Positions 37,183 to 49,117 of a stretch of 64,000 nucleotides of DNA are shown piece by piece. Each line of letters begins with the position of its first letter. The first letter of the stretch is position 1. Under the pieces are notes generated by a model. The model made no database searches. It saw only the letters and a list, made by a program, of their open reading frames with translations, and was not told the DNA's origin. The stretch spans positions 30,013 to 94,012 of IMG/VR virus record IMGVR_UViG_3300030329_006605; one strand, 5' to 3'. The DNA comes from a virus. The position numbers and the translations under genes are program-made.

Positions 37183-40100
37183 TTAATTGTTACAATCATA
37201 GGATTTGACCTCCCATGTCATAAAACCATTCATTTCGTGGAATTTTAGGGCTTTTTCGGGTGAAATAAGGGATATTTTGCGCCTTGCAGTCTCAATGGGG
37301 GATTCGTCATATTTGACCCAAAAGGAAAAAAGCACCTCAAAAGAAGAACGATGGGATAAGCAATATAAAGCCAAATAAGGCTTACCTCCTACGCTTGGGC
37401 CAAGCTGGTTAGCCCACTTCTCTTTTTTTCCGACTGTTGACACTGGATAATTTTAATTACTTCATTTATGGTTTTAATATACTCTAAAGGATTCTTAACG
37501 GGAGAACTAAACTCGATAGTTAATGAATCTGGATGCGTATCTACATGAGCCATTAGTCTAGGGTAATGAGTATAAGATTTATCTTCATTGGAATGTGAAG
37601 AATCAACACCACTAAAATAAATGCTCGCGTGTGGATATTTTTTTCTCATATCATGCAATCTAACCCCTGCAACATTTTTCTTTTTTAATGTTACATTTAA
37701 ATTGGTGACAATATCAGAAGAATTAATTTCAGAATTTTCTTTTACTTTGGAGTTTGACTCCCACTTAATCTTATATTTCATAGTTTGAATAAATTTAAAT
37801 AATTATATGCACTTCACTATACTCAATCATTACACTCATAAGTCCAAAGTTTCTTTTACTTCTTCTACAACCTTGTGAACATCTTTCCAATCTAAATCTT
37901 CATCAAGAATACCATTGGAACACATTGACTTATCATAATAGCCACCAAGGTTTACGCGACAAGTTTCCGCAGTTACCCAAGTATAACCATGACCATTGTT
38001 ATGTTCTTTTTCTTTACCTCTTATATGTACCGTAACAAAAGGTTTTGGTTCTGTTGGTTTAGCTAACCTAACTGTTGCCATGTCTGCGGGGAAATCCACC
38101 GTTTTCATGCGTGGAATTATATCCTCATTTTTAATTTTACCTTGAGCCGCGAGACTCAACGCCCTGCTATTTCTTTCCCATTTAATCTTCATTATCTTCC
38201 TTTGGAAAATGGTTTACTTCGTTGTTTGCTTTGCACACTTCCTCCCACCAATCCGTAGTATCTGGCAATACCGGATTGTCAAGGGGTTGCTGGTTTTGGT
38301 TTTTATCCTCTTTCATAACTAATTTTTTTCTCTAAATGTTCGATAGATTCATTAACGTAAATAACTCTACCATTAACAAAAGTTATCTCCATTTGCTTTG
38401 GTTTAAGGAGCGGTTGCGTCTCCTGTAAGACTTCGTTGGCATAAAGCACGTTATCCCAATTCACTAACACCTCTTTCTTGCCGTAGCTACAATTAAATTT
38501 AATATTCATCGGTCAGTTGAAAGATAAATAATAGACTGCTCCAATCGTTCTTTCATCTCTGAATGAAAATGGTCATGCCATAGTAGATGAGTGGTAATTG
38601 CTCCCACCATAGCACCTATAAATAAAAACAGTAGTATGTCTATTTTTTTCATTAGCAATCCTCCTTAATAATGTAATCGTCTTGCGTAACACTCTTACGA
38701 GCAAGGTTATCCTCTACATGAAGCAAGTGAAAGCTATCATTTTTGAACTGTTGTGTGGCGCATCCTGTAAAAATGACCGTTGATAATATAATAATGTATT
38801 TCATAATTTGTTTCTTTTAAGTCTCTAGTATATTCATTTTCTTTAATGTTGGCTTGAACGCCCATACTCCCTCATCGTCAATTTCTAGTATAAACGCATC
38901 CACTACCCGTGTTGATTCGTCATCTACAAGAACAAAATGCTCATGCTTATACGGATTGTATGTGACCTTGTGCCACTCACTGTCGCTAAATTGCACTTCG
39001 GAAAGAATGGTAGAGGGCCAATCCACCTTACCCTTCATTCTCTTGCCCTGTATGTAGGCGTGGACGTTCTTTCGTTTCTCTTTGCGTACACGCTCGTTTC
39101 CTGCCTTGCCGACCCTAAACACGGGGTCTAGCAACGAGATAGAGGTTACATGGTCTTCCACTAACCCCTTGTCATTACGGACACTAAAAACAGGTTTACC
39201 ATTCGCAAGTTTGCGATTGAGATTCCTGTAAACTTGAACGTGACCTTTCATCGTACAACCATGTCGATGACGCTTACAAAGGCCAGTGCCACAACGACCA
39301 TCAATAAAATCGGGAGGCTAAAAACAATAGTTAAATAAATAATTAAAAATATTTCTGGTGTAATCATATCTTCTGTTCTCCTATATCTAATTTAATAAAT
39401 GCTGGTGTATATTCTCCAACGTATGCGTCAGCGATATTAAAATTAAAAAACTCAAGGGCTTCACAATAGGTCATATTGTCCCTCACCATAAGTATATCTA
39501 AAATGGTTTCATAATTGTAACACGCTTTCGGTGCTGCACCAAAGCTCTCAACTACACCAACGAACGCTTCTTCAAATCCATCTACGAGAAGGATGTCACC
39601 AATCTCCTCATCAGAATATCGTTCTTCTAAATAATTTTTAATTCTATCCATTTTAAATATCCCAATCATTTAACGCGCAATCTAATGCCCACTTCATATT
39701 GTACGTTTCCGGTGCATGGCGATGAAACTTTTCATACTCGCGCATTGCGCTCCACATAACTTCTGCTTGTAGACCATGCTCATTCGCGGTTTTTAATGCT
39801 TCTGCAACGGCAGATAAATCTTCATCTTGGTTCATTTTAATAATCTATTCCTACGTCTTGTTGCGGATATTCACTATCACCTTTAACTAACTCTGGTCGA
39901 TGTGTTTCAATCATCTGCCGAATGTCTAGGCAGCGGTCAAAGTATTGGTCAACAGTGTATTCCCGCTTGCTTGGGTCTGGGCATCTATCATAGATTGCCA
40001 TAAGTAATTCGTAGTTTCTCATGTTAATCCCTGTCGCGTATGTCGTTACCGTCATTGTCTAGGTAATAACCCGTCACATTCCATAGCGCATCATAGTTTG

Positions 40101-41123
40101 GCGCACTGTTCGGGGTGATGTCGTGTTTGTTTTCATAGCTTGCGATTTCCTCATCGTCTAGCCCCTCGTCATATCTTATTCTGCTTTTCATCGTTCTATC
40201 TTTTCAAAGTGTTTGTCTACAATGTCGCAGATGTCCTCACTCAAGGTTTCTGCAAACTCGTTGGTGAATACTGAAGGTACTACTTCGCCCTTCAGTGTTT
40301 CAAACATATTCTCCACATCTTCGTGAATGTCTGCTTTAACGTCTAGTATCTTGTATCCCATGTTATCCTCCGTAAATTAAGGTTCTCATTTCTTTCGCTA
40401 CATTGACTAGAATAAACCAATCAACACTAATCAATAACATCTCTACTGCTGTTTTCATTTTTAGTCCTCCGTATAAAATTCAATCAACTCTTTGATTTCT
40501 TGTTTATGATGTTCTTCTATCTTTAGAATCTCGTCCGTGTGCCTCATGGCCTGTAAACTCACTAATTCTGCGTAGCTTGTTGCCATGACTTCCAGTTGCC
40601 TGTTGCCAACTTTGTGCATTCTGTCGATGATTGCCTCTTGGTCTTTGTATTCGCTATAAGTATAAACTATCATAGCCAATAAAGGTAGCATTGTACCCCA
40701 ATAATAATATCTATGGTTAATTTTTATATTCATTCCCAAACCTCATCATCTTGCGGGATATTCTCCCACTCTGAATTTACCTTGTCCTCTTGTTCATCAT
40801 CATAATCTAAAGTCCAAGCCACAATAATTAGTGCTACTACGATTGTCGCGCCGTGAATTAGTTCTACCATGATTTTAACTTTCTTTCTTTTCGTTCGTCT
40901 CTAGCATTTCCTTTTCGGATTGCGTAACTGGCAACTCAAGAGTAACCATATCTGCTTCGGCTTCTGCTTCAAGTTCTCTGTTCTGCATAGATTGTACCAA
41001 CTTTAGGAACTCCATACGTTTTTTGAACTTTGCTTCTTTTTGTGCTTCTGCTTTACGGAGGTTTCTTTTCTTCCTCCATTGACGGGCTGTTTGCCCCTTT
41101 TTGTAATGCTTCGATTGTGGCAT
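37183..41123 (-). CDS. Block of small hypothetical proteins (e.g. 37389-37781, 37836-38192, 38303-38509, 38817-39251, 39364-39669, 39653-39835, 39837-40055, 40461-40739, 40875-41123)
   Basis: Densely packed minus-strand ORFs; no function recognised. Confidence 0.5.
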
Positions 41124-41127
41124 AATT

Positions 41128-41631
41128 CTAGTATAATGGGTTTTTTAATTTAGTCAAGATTTTTTTTGCCTTAAACCATCTTGGTACGGTTTTTGATTTC
41201 CATGTTGCAAAATACGCTTTCTCGGCGTTATAGTATGCGCGGTATGCTTTTACGGCGTTATGATTCTTATATTCATCGGGCATCGCTTGGGCGAATGGGG
41301 TTAGGCCAATCTCTTGGTCTAAACCTAATTTGTGAGAATTGTTATCGCACCAATCAATAGCGTTCAAGGATTTGTGTGTTTTACCATAGCGAGAAAAATA
41401 TTCTTCACACAATTCGTAAGCATGGGTAAGTAGCCATTCATAATTTGCTTGAGACTCACGCGCCCATTTTGTGCATGGGTGATTGTAATAAGCTCGACGG
41501 TACGGTGCTTCACCGTTCTCAAAAGCAGAGCAAAGCATTTGTGCCGATTCAAGAATCATCTTGACAACGTGCTTGTCGCACAACTGTCTGGCGGCAATCT
41601 GGGGGTCAGAGTTAACTACAAAAATATTCAT
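41128..41631 (-). CDS. Pyrimidine-dimer DNA glycosylase (DenV-like family)
   Basis: MNIF...CDKHVVKMILESAQML, NHPC..W.R.S..NY, FAQAMP. Confidence 0.8.
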   Translation of the reverse strand: MNIFVVNSDPQIAARQLCDKHVVKMILESAQMLCSAFENGEAPYRRAYYNHPCTKWARESQANYEWLLTHAYELCEEYFSRYGKTHKSLNAIDWCDNNSHKLGLDQEIGLTPFAQAMPDEYKNHNAVKAYRAYYNAEKAYFATWKSKTVPRWFKAKKILTKLKNPLY

Positions 41632-42173
41632 AATTCTATTCTACCACCTTTTTTAAAAAAGTAAAGAGATAAACGGCTCGTATTTTTTTAAATAATTATT
41701 CAATGCTCTCAACAGTCCCGTCAGGCCCAATCTCCAATCCACGATGCCTTTCTATCTCTACGACATCAAGTGACGAGAACCCCTGTTCAGTGTAAGCATC
41801 TTCAGCTTCGCGCTTTAAAAGCTCATCTTGTTTCTGCCATTCCTCCTCGACAAACTTGAGCATATCTTCAACTAAACGCGATTCATAAATCGTATTTTTT
41901 TCTGATGAAACTTTGCTTGCCTTGAGCGTTTGATAAACTACATCTAGTATCTCTTTATCATTCATTTCCATACCTCCCACCATTGTTTTTGTTTCTTATA
42001 TTCTTTATTCGGTTGCGTTTGCTCGGACGCATCTCCAAGCTCATCGTCTATCCACCTCCATTTTTCTTCGGGCGTATCCCTCACCCACCAACCTCCATTT
42101 CCCGTTGGCGACCAATTAGGTGGAGGAAGGTCTGGGTTTGGGGTTCCCCGCTTTGCTTCTATAATTGTTCTAC

Positions 42174-42599
42174 TCATAGTTGAAGTTGGAATTTTTGCTT
42201 CTGCGACACAATGGTATCTTCGGGTACGTCATGTACGTTTTGTCCACCGTGCCTGTTCTCCATTACGATAGAATGAACATCATAACCATACTTTTCTGCG
42301 AGTTTATAGTATGGTTTCAATTCCTTGCTCGTTGTAAAAGTGTTATGAACAAAGATTTTTTCTACTCTGCTATTCATCTTCTTTTCTGTCTGGTCAAGAC
42401 AAATTCTATGGACAATCGGCAACCGATTTTTGCTAAACGCATACTTGCCTTTTGTAACCATCCAATCGTCCGCTGATAGCGACACTGACTTCTTATCCAT
42501 CAGCGACTTCACGAATGAACTTTTCCCTGACCCAGATACTCCTCTGATTAAATATAACTTTTTATTCATTATCATTTTACTCATAATCTCTAATTGCAA
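42174..42599 (-). CDS. P-loop kinase (AAA_33 / polynucleotide-kinase-like)
   Basis: RGVSGSGKS, SADD, VHNTF, NVHDVP. Confidence 0.8.
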   Translation of the reverse strand: MQLEIMSKMIMNKKLYLIRGVSGSGKSSFVKSLMDKKSVSLSADDWMVTKGKYAFSKNRLPIVHRICLDQTEKKMNSRVEKIFVHNTFTTSKELKPYYKLAEKYGYDVHSIVMENRHGGQNVHDVPEDTIVSQKQKFQLQL

Positions 42600-43779
42600 T
42601 CACATAGGGGAAGCGAGGTACTCCATCTGGAGTAAGATTAAAATACTTAATCGTCGCCTCCTGCCCAATTAATTCCTCTGCTCTTTGCAAAAGCTCCGCA
42701 AGATATTCAAACGAACCTTTAACATTAGAATTAAATTCTTTACCATCCTTGTTTTTGAATTTAAAACACTTAACTGTGCCTGTGCGATTGCCTTCGCCTT
42801 CTTCATATCCAAGAATAGTATATTCTTCGTCGATAAACTCCTTACGTTTGAGTAGCCTTGGCGAGCGTTTATTCTCGTAAGGCCCATCGAGCCTAACCAT
42901 TTGCCCTTCGTATCCCGCTTCTATGTAATCTTCATAGCAACGGTCTAGCTGTTCTCTGCCGACAATTTCGATAGTCTCCACTATCACAAGTGCATCCTCA
43001 TACTTCGTGTTAAGATTATCATGCCTCAAATAAGCAAATTGAGCTTCCAAAACAGAGAGTCTATCCGAGAAGTTATCGTTCTCTGTGTAAGCTCCACCTT
43101 TACGCATTGGATTATCCTTGCCTATCACTGGCGCATCATAAATATGATACTGAATCATCTTCTTACTCTCCTCTAAATGTTCGTCAGTAAGATTCTGCTT
43201 GCGAACGAGATGAATGATTTTGTTGAAATCATCTTTGTAAGCATGATTATACAATTCACCGTCAAGAACAGCGTTAGGATACTTCTCAAAAAAGGATTCT
43301 AACTCCTCATGGATGTGAGGCACGGCAGTAATCTCCTTACCAGTACGAGTAAACAACCCCTCCCGCATGGCGATACAACGTATGCCGTCTAGTTTGGGTT
43401 GAGAGAATACAGTTCCAACGGTTCCTCCATCCACCTGTTGTAAGTTAGCCATGACCTCTTGCTGTCGCTTTTTATCATCAAACTTATGGGCAAGCATTGG
43501 TTCGTAGAACCGTTTGCTACTAATATTCTTAACATCCAGATGGTAGCCGCTCTCCAGTTTCTTTTGGTGTTTGGCTTCGGCTTCTTTTAAAGCCTGTTGC
43601 TCTCCTGTTGTAGCGTTTGCGCGGCCAACATTTTTAGCTTTGCAAATAGTCCACTTGCTTGTAATTTTCTTGCCATCTTGTTGTCCAGAAACGGTGCGAT
43701 ACTTATCGCCCTCAACTTCAATGTTCCATTCTTGCGTTTTTCCAATGGTTGTTTTTTTGTATAACGTAGGTAGTTTCAT
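42577..43779 (-). CDS. ATP-dependent DNA ligase
   Basis: PMLAH, QPKLDGIRC, LDGELY, YEGQMVR, LLKRK, PRFP; start reset to MKLPTLYKK. Confidence 0.92.
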   Translation of the reverse strand: MKLPTLYKKTTIGKTQEWNIEVEGDKYRTVSGQQDGKKITSKWTICKAKNVGRANATTGEQQALKEAEAKHQKKLESGYHLDVKNISSKRFYEPMLAHKFDDKKRQQEVMANLQQVDGGTVGTVFSQPKLDGIRCIAMREGLFTRTGKEITAVPHIHEELESFFEKYPNAVLDGELYNHAYKDDFNKIIHLVRKQNLTDEHLEESKKMIQYHIYDAPVIGKDNPMRKGGAYTENDNFSDRLSVLEAQFAYLRHDNLNTKYEDALVIVETIEIVGREQLDRCYEDYIEAGYEGQMVRLDGPYENKRSPRLLKRKEFIDEEYTILGYEEGEGNRTGTVKCFKFKNKDGKEFNSNVKGSFEYLAELLQRAEELIGQEATIKYFNLTPDGVPRFPYVIAIRDYE

Positions 43780-44193
43780 AATTTTTAATGTATCCAATAA
43801 GTTGTAATTTGTTCGTGTACCCAATCTTTAGGTAAATTGTCTAATTCTTCGTCTGAAAGCAGTCTAATACTGCCTAAATCGTTGTATTCGGCTTTTACGA
43901 TGTGTGCATCGGTGAATTTAGGGTAATCTGTCATATCAATTCCACCCACTTCCAAGATTCTGACCAAATCTAGTCGAATTGGAGCGTTGTGAAGCGGCTT
44001 AAAATCTTTCATACTCTTAATATAGCAGGTTTTTTAGAAAAGTCAAGCCCCTTTTTTAACTTTTTTAAATCTTACGCGCATATCGTCTGCGGTGGCAGAT
44101 TTTTTTAGGAAGTCAAGCACTTTTTTTACTCCGGTCTGGCTTGAATATTTATTTAAAAAATAATAAGATGAAAAATGGGGTGTAATATACTAT

Positions 44194-44628
44194 ATGACTC
44201 TTGAGTTAGTAACAATGATAGGCGGCAGCGTAGTGGGCTTTATATTCAGATATATGGCTGAAAGAGCAAAAGAACGAGCAGAAATATACAAAATGGCTCT
44301 AGGTCTTAAAAAGGCTGAAGATGATAGTGCTGACAAAGCTGCAAAAAGGGTTCCCATTGACGTTGGTAAATGGGTGCGGAGACTGATAGTGTGCGCTATC
44401 TTATTTGCCGTCATCCTCGCACCATTCCTACTTTCTATATTTGGCTACTCCACAATAGTAGAAGTTGAAACCACTAATCCAGATTGGCTTTTCGGATTAT
44501 TTGGGGGAGGAACCGAGGTTATGTTTGTTGAATTGAAGGGGTACTTAATGTTGCCAGAAGTAAGACAAACGCTATCTGCTATTGTGGGTTTTTATTTCGG
44601 TAATGCTTCGGCTGCTGCAAAAACATAA
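44194..44628 (+). CDS. Multi-TM membrane protein, holin-like
   Basis: Three hydrophobic segments, IVGFYFG end motif; GTGTAAT 7 nt upstream. Confidence 0.5.
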   Translation: MTLELVTMIGGSVVGFIFRYMAERAKERAEIYKMALGLKKAEDDSADKAAKRVPIDVGKWVRRLIVCAILFAVILAPFLLSIFGYSTIVEVETTNPDWLFGLFGGGTEVMFVELKGYLMLPEVRQTLSAIVGFYFGNASAAAKT

Positions 44629-44637
44629 TATTTAAAA

Positions 44638-45258
44638 ATGAAAAAATATAGTATTCTTCTTACTTGGATTATTCCCTTAACTCTATTACTTTTATTATTA
44701 ACCTGTAATGGATGTAGAGGAGGGCGGTCTTTAGGTAAAGGGTCTGCTGGTACAGTTATTCTGCCTCAAACACCGCAAGAAATTAATAAACTAAATCAAG
44801 CAAAACTAAAACCAAGCAAACCTGTTGATATACCAATGCCAGAACGAAAACCCGTAAAACATGAGTCGCCCCCAGCAGAACCAACTGATGTTAAAAGCGA
44901 GCCAAAGGCTGTTGGGAAAATAGCACCATTTAAGCCAACGATTAATACTAATGCAATTCCAGTTTTGGAGAGCAAACTACAACCTAAAACATCTCTTATT
45001 TCGCCGCCGCAAAAAAGTGGGGAAATTTTAGAAAGTAATAATGAACAAATTATTATACCGCAAAAAGAAGATATGAAAGTTGACTGGTCTGGTTTAATTG
45101 TATTTTATTTAATGTGTGTGTTCGGGCTTTTAACCTTATGGATGCTGTACGATTTAGCTGTTAAATATTTTAAGGGTAAAAAAGAACTTGACAATCAAAA
45201 AAGGGATGTTAAAGTTAAAAAATCAGCACCAAAAAGAAAAACCAGAAAGCGAGTGTAG
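44638..45258 (+). CDS. Lipoprotein-like signal + Pro-rich linker + C-terminal TM (u-spanin-like)
   Basis: LLLLTCNGC, Pro-rich middle, TM GLIVFYLMCVFGLLTLWML, basic tail. Confidence 0.45.
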   Translation: MKKYSILLTWIIPLTLLLLLLTCNGCRGGRSLGKGSAGTVILPQTPQEINKLNQAKLKPSKPVDIPMPERKPVKHESPPAEPTDVKSEPKAVGKIAPFKPTINTNAIPVLESKLQPKTSLISPPQKSGEILESNNEQIIIPQKEDMKVDWSGLIVFYLMCVFGLLTLWMLYDLAVKYFKGKKELDNQKRDVKVKKSAPKRKTRKRV

Positions 45259-45324
45259 CTCAATCGGTAGAGCATCTGCTTGCCATGCAGAAGGTCGTGG
45301 GTTCGAGGCCCATCACTCGCTCCA
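45249..45324 (+). tRNA. tRNA-Gly(GCC)
   Basis: GCGAGTG/CACTCGC acceptor, D arm GCTC..GAGC, anticodon arm TCTGC-TTGCCAT-GCAGA, TTCGA loop, TCCA end. Confidence 0.95.
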
Positions 45325-45469
45325 ACTTTAAATAAAATTAAATAATTTACAAATAATAATCACTTGAAGAATAAGGGTGCATATTGCAAAAAACGTCCTC
45401 ATCATCTCCATTAAATGATTACATTTATCTAGCTTACGCTCTATTTTGTATAGCCAATCTGGTAGCATT

Positions 45470-46009
45470 TTATCTCAACTCCTCCTTTAGCAGTCTCCAC
45501 CTGTCACTGTCTATCGCTTTATTGCCATCATTTATTTGGTGAATCATCTCAAGCACACCATCAATATCATCGTAAATATAATGATGCGGAAGCATACCCA
45601 TCATCCAGAGTGGAGTTTTACTTTTTCCACCTTCCATAGAAATAAAAATAGGTTTCTTCATCCTTACTGCGGTAACAATTTCTTCTGCGCTACCCCAGCT
45701 TGCAACATCTGGAAGTAAATGAGCTATAATAAAGTCAGACCTATCAACAAGATTTAAATCATAACTTCTAACCGTTGTCATCCGTTCGGCTACATCATTG
45801 TAGTAACCATTTGCCATATCGTCTGACATCTTATTTCGCGCTTCTTCATCCTCGTCAACATCTTTAACAAAGGGTTTTTTGTAAGGATTAAAAACTGTTA
45901 TATTTAGTCGCGTAAGTTCTTCTTCGACTTCATCTCTCCAGTTTCTTCCATCGGCATACTGCATATGCCCTACTAGGTATGTCCTTGTTTTATTTAATAC
46001 GTTGCTCAT
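45470..46009 (-). CDS. Nucleoside 2-deoxyribosyltransferase-like protein
   Basis: YLVGHM...WR...FNP, DL..V.RSD, SWGSAEE. Confidence 0.75.
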   Translation of the reverse strand: MSNVLNKTRTYLVGHMQYADGRNWRDEVEEELTRLNITVFNPYKKPFVKDVDEDEEARNKMSDDMANGYYNDVAERMTTVRSYDLNLVDRSDFIIAHLLPDVASWGSAEEIVTAVRMKKPIFISMEGGKSKTPLWMMGMLPHHYIYDDIDGVLEMIHQINDGNKAIDSDRWRLLKEELR

Positions 46010-46011
46010 AT

Positions 46012-47635
46012 TTATTCCTCCACTTCAAGTGTTTGGCCTCCATCTTCGGCAAAATGTTTATTTATTGCGTGTAGACAATCTTCTGCGTTGGTAAATTTAT
46101 CTACTTGTTTTACCATCTCCTCCACAACCTGTGGATGCTCTCCAATCCCTGCTGCGCCGGTAAAATAAACCTTTAGTGTGGCTCTTGCTGACTCCATCTC
46201 TGCGGTGTAATGTGCTGTTAGTGCTTTGTATAATGCTCTTTTCATAATGTTATTTCTTTGTTAGTTTTTTGATTTGTTCTTGACATTCATCGGCTAATTC
46301 GTGGTAGCCGATGTTTCTTAAAACCTGTGGGCTGGAAGCTACAATTTGTTTATTTGGGTCGCCATCGCTACCTTGCTCCCACGCCATCACTATAAAAGAC
46401 AACCCAGCGGAATCATGTGGATGCTCTCCTTTAAAAAATTTTTCAAAGGCTTGAGCCATTGCTTCTGCTGCCATATCTTTATATTTGTCATATAAATCTT
46501 CATTTACGTTAATCTCGAAAAACGTATCTTTATCAGTTTGAACTATGAAAGTTTTTACCATCGCCGCCACCCATAGCCTATCATTTTGTGTATTAAATCT
46601 CTAGTGCGTCGAACCTGTATAGCCTTCTTTTCTGTATGATATTGAAAGGCTCCGGCCTCGTACATTAACTGAATAATTTGTTTATTTTTTTTCATTCTAA
46701 AAAGTATCCATTTGAGAACATATCTGCATCACGCAAGTCTCTAGCTATCTCTCTAGCCAAAAATATTCTGGCTGTTTCTGATGCTATGTTTATTTGGGTT
46801 TCAGAAAGTCCATCGAGAACTGTCTTGATTACTAATTCTTCTTCGCGTAATCCTATTTCACCAGACTCCCCCTTTTCCCCAACCGGACAACAACCGTGAA
46901 TGGATGGAGCGCAAAGACATTCATGTTTGCTCTCGTCGGCAGAATTTTCGTCAGTGAGATTGTTGAAATCCGCGACCATCTCATCCACTATACCTTTATT
47001 TGGCTCGTCCTTCTTCAAATAGAAAACTTTGAGCATCGAACCGTCTTTTGTTTTAAAAAAATCTTCTTTCATTGTAAATCTCCTTCGTCATCAAAGAACC
47101 CGCTATCTGGTGAATCATCATCCATTAGGATGTCTAAATCTGATTCCAAAGTTTCCATATGTTCAATAAGAACGTCACTGATATACTCCGTTACTTCCTT
47201 CTTATATTCATTAGCCGATAGGGGGCTATCTCCCTCGAAAAGATGATAGTTAGTTTTCTCAAACCAAGCTAAAAAATCTTCTGGAACATTTATCTTCATT
47301 AAATAAATTATAACAATTCTTTATTTGGGGTCAATATTTAAAATTAATTATTATATTTAACTTATTTGGCTTTCGTGTATTTTTTCTGCCGTTTCCCAAA
47401 TACAATCTTCTAAATTTACCTCAACCCCATACAGTTTATTAATAACCTCCTTTAGCTCCTCAAAACCTTTATCGCTTGCAACTGAATAATAGTCCCAGAA
47501 TTGAGTGTCATCATCAACGTCTATGTCTGGCTTATCCATTATTTGCAAAATTTCATCAATTTCTACTCTGTATCTTTCAGAGGCCAACGAAATGCCCTCC
47601 TCATAGAACTCATCTTTTGGGAAATAATTATTCAT
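46012..47635 (-). CDS. Small hypothetical proteins (46012-46245, 46250-46570, 46692-47072, 47069-47299, 47357-47635)
   Basis: Packed ORFs; the last two are strongly acidic. Confidence 0.5.
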
Positions 47636-47640
47636 ATTTA

Positions 47641-48780
47641 TTAACTGTTCTTACCGAAGACTTCATTAGATTGCTGTGTTACTCTAACAAAGGTGGCGCA
47701 TTTCGGCATATTTTTTATTTTTTGTGCGCCAATGTATGTGCAAGCGGAACGAACGCCTCCAAGAATACTTTCTATCGTGTTCTTTATTTGGCCTCTATGT
47801 TTTATCCTAACCGTTTTCCCCTCGGACGAACGGTAGCTTGCCACACCTCCTTGGTACTTGTTCATCGCTGTGTCAGAACTCATACCATAAAATGTTTTGT
47901 ATCTTTCTCCGTCTACTACTTCTTCTTGTCCTGCTGATTCGTTGTGTCCTGCAAGCATACCGCCAAGCATGACAAAATCAGCACCAGCGCAAAAAGCTTT
48001 GGAAACATCACCAGCACAAGTGCAACCGCCATCAGCCATGACATGACCGTTAAGACCGTGAGCGGCGTCCGCACATTCGATAACTGCGCTGAGTTGGGGA
48101 TACCCCACACCAGTTTGTATGCGAGTAGTGCAGACACTCCCGCCACCAATGCCAACTTTAACAATATCTGCTCCACTTAATAATATCTCCTCTGTCATTT
48201 CGCCCGTAACTACATTACCGGCAATAATAATTAAATGCGGAAACGCTTCGCGTACCCTCTTAATAAAGTCGCAGAACTTTCCGCTGTAACCGTTTGCAAT
48301 GTCGATGCAAACAAATTTATTCCAATAAAATTGATATTGAATATTAGAAAGATAATCTAAATCATCTATTTTATTTGGATCATACTTAATGCCAATAGAA
48401 GGACATAAGTGATTGTAAATTCTACTTTGCCAATGTTTGGCGTTTTCGTCATACGTCCAATTTTCGCCCTTGTTGGCAACTGACTGCTCGACATTTTTAT
48501 AAACCCCATAACCGTTCAACTTATGAAGCCATCTATCTATATCGTTATGCTTGCTTATGCAGGTAAGCATATGATATTTGGCAAGAGCCTTGGCGGTTTC
48601 AAACGTGCCAGTGGTGTCCATGTTGGCTGCTACAATAGGGACTCCCGTCCAGCTAGATTCCGCGTGTTTAAAAGTAAACGAGCGCATTAAATCCACCTCT
48701 TTGCGAGAGGTAAGTTCAGAACGCTTGGGACGCAAAAGAACGTCTTTATAATCTAATTTTATATCTGGTTCAATTCTCAC
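47641..48780 (-). CDS. guaC: GMP reductase
   Basis: DVLLRPKRS, AANMD, DIANGYS, KVGIGGGSVCTTR, FYGMSS, YRSSEG, GGVRSACTY. Confidence 0.93.
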   Translation of the reverse strand: MRIEPDIKLDYKDVLLRPKRSELTSRKEVDLMRSFTFKHAESSWTGVPIVAANMDTTGTFETAKALAKYHMLTCISKHNDIDRWLHKLNGYGVYKNVEQSVANKGENWTYDENAKHWQSRIYNHLCPSIGIKYDPNKIDDLDYLSNIQYQFYWNKFVCIDIANGYSGKFCDFIKRVREAFPHLIIIAGNVVTGEMTEEILLSGADIVKVGIGGGSVCTTRIQTGVGYPQLSAVIECADAAHGLNGHVMADGGCTCAGDVSKAFCAGADFVMLGGMLAGHNESAGQEEVVDGERYKTFYGMSSDTAMNKYQGGVASYRSSEGKTVRIKHRGQIKNTIESILGGVRSACTYIGAQKIKNMPKCATFVRVTQQSNEVFGKNS

Positions 48781-49117
48781 TACGCAACCTGTTTACAGTG
48801 CTTAAAGAAATTCTTTTTTAACGCGAGGTATTTCTCGTCAGTACAAGCAATAGAATGATATTTTTTGAAACCATTATTTTTCCAACCCCTGCAACTAACC
48901 TTACCCATCCGAAGAAACTGTTTGGCTAATTTCGCGCCAGTAAAATCTTTTTGATCTATGAAGTTAAGAAATTTTCCGTATATTAGGTAAGCCGAAACGC
49001 TTGCGCTTTCTTCTGTTTTAACATTCCAAAGTGCTAAAATCTCATTCCTGTATTCTTTTAAAACTTTATCGCTCATCTAAATAAAGTATAGCAATTATTT
49101 ATCTAAAGTCAACTATA

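Noticed and set aside
44088-44117. Extra class II promoter
   Set aside because: The -35 and spacer are present but the -10 reads CACCGC; probably a decayed duplicate.
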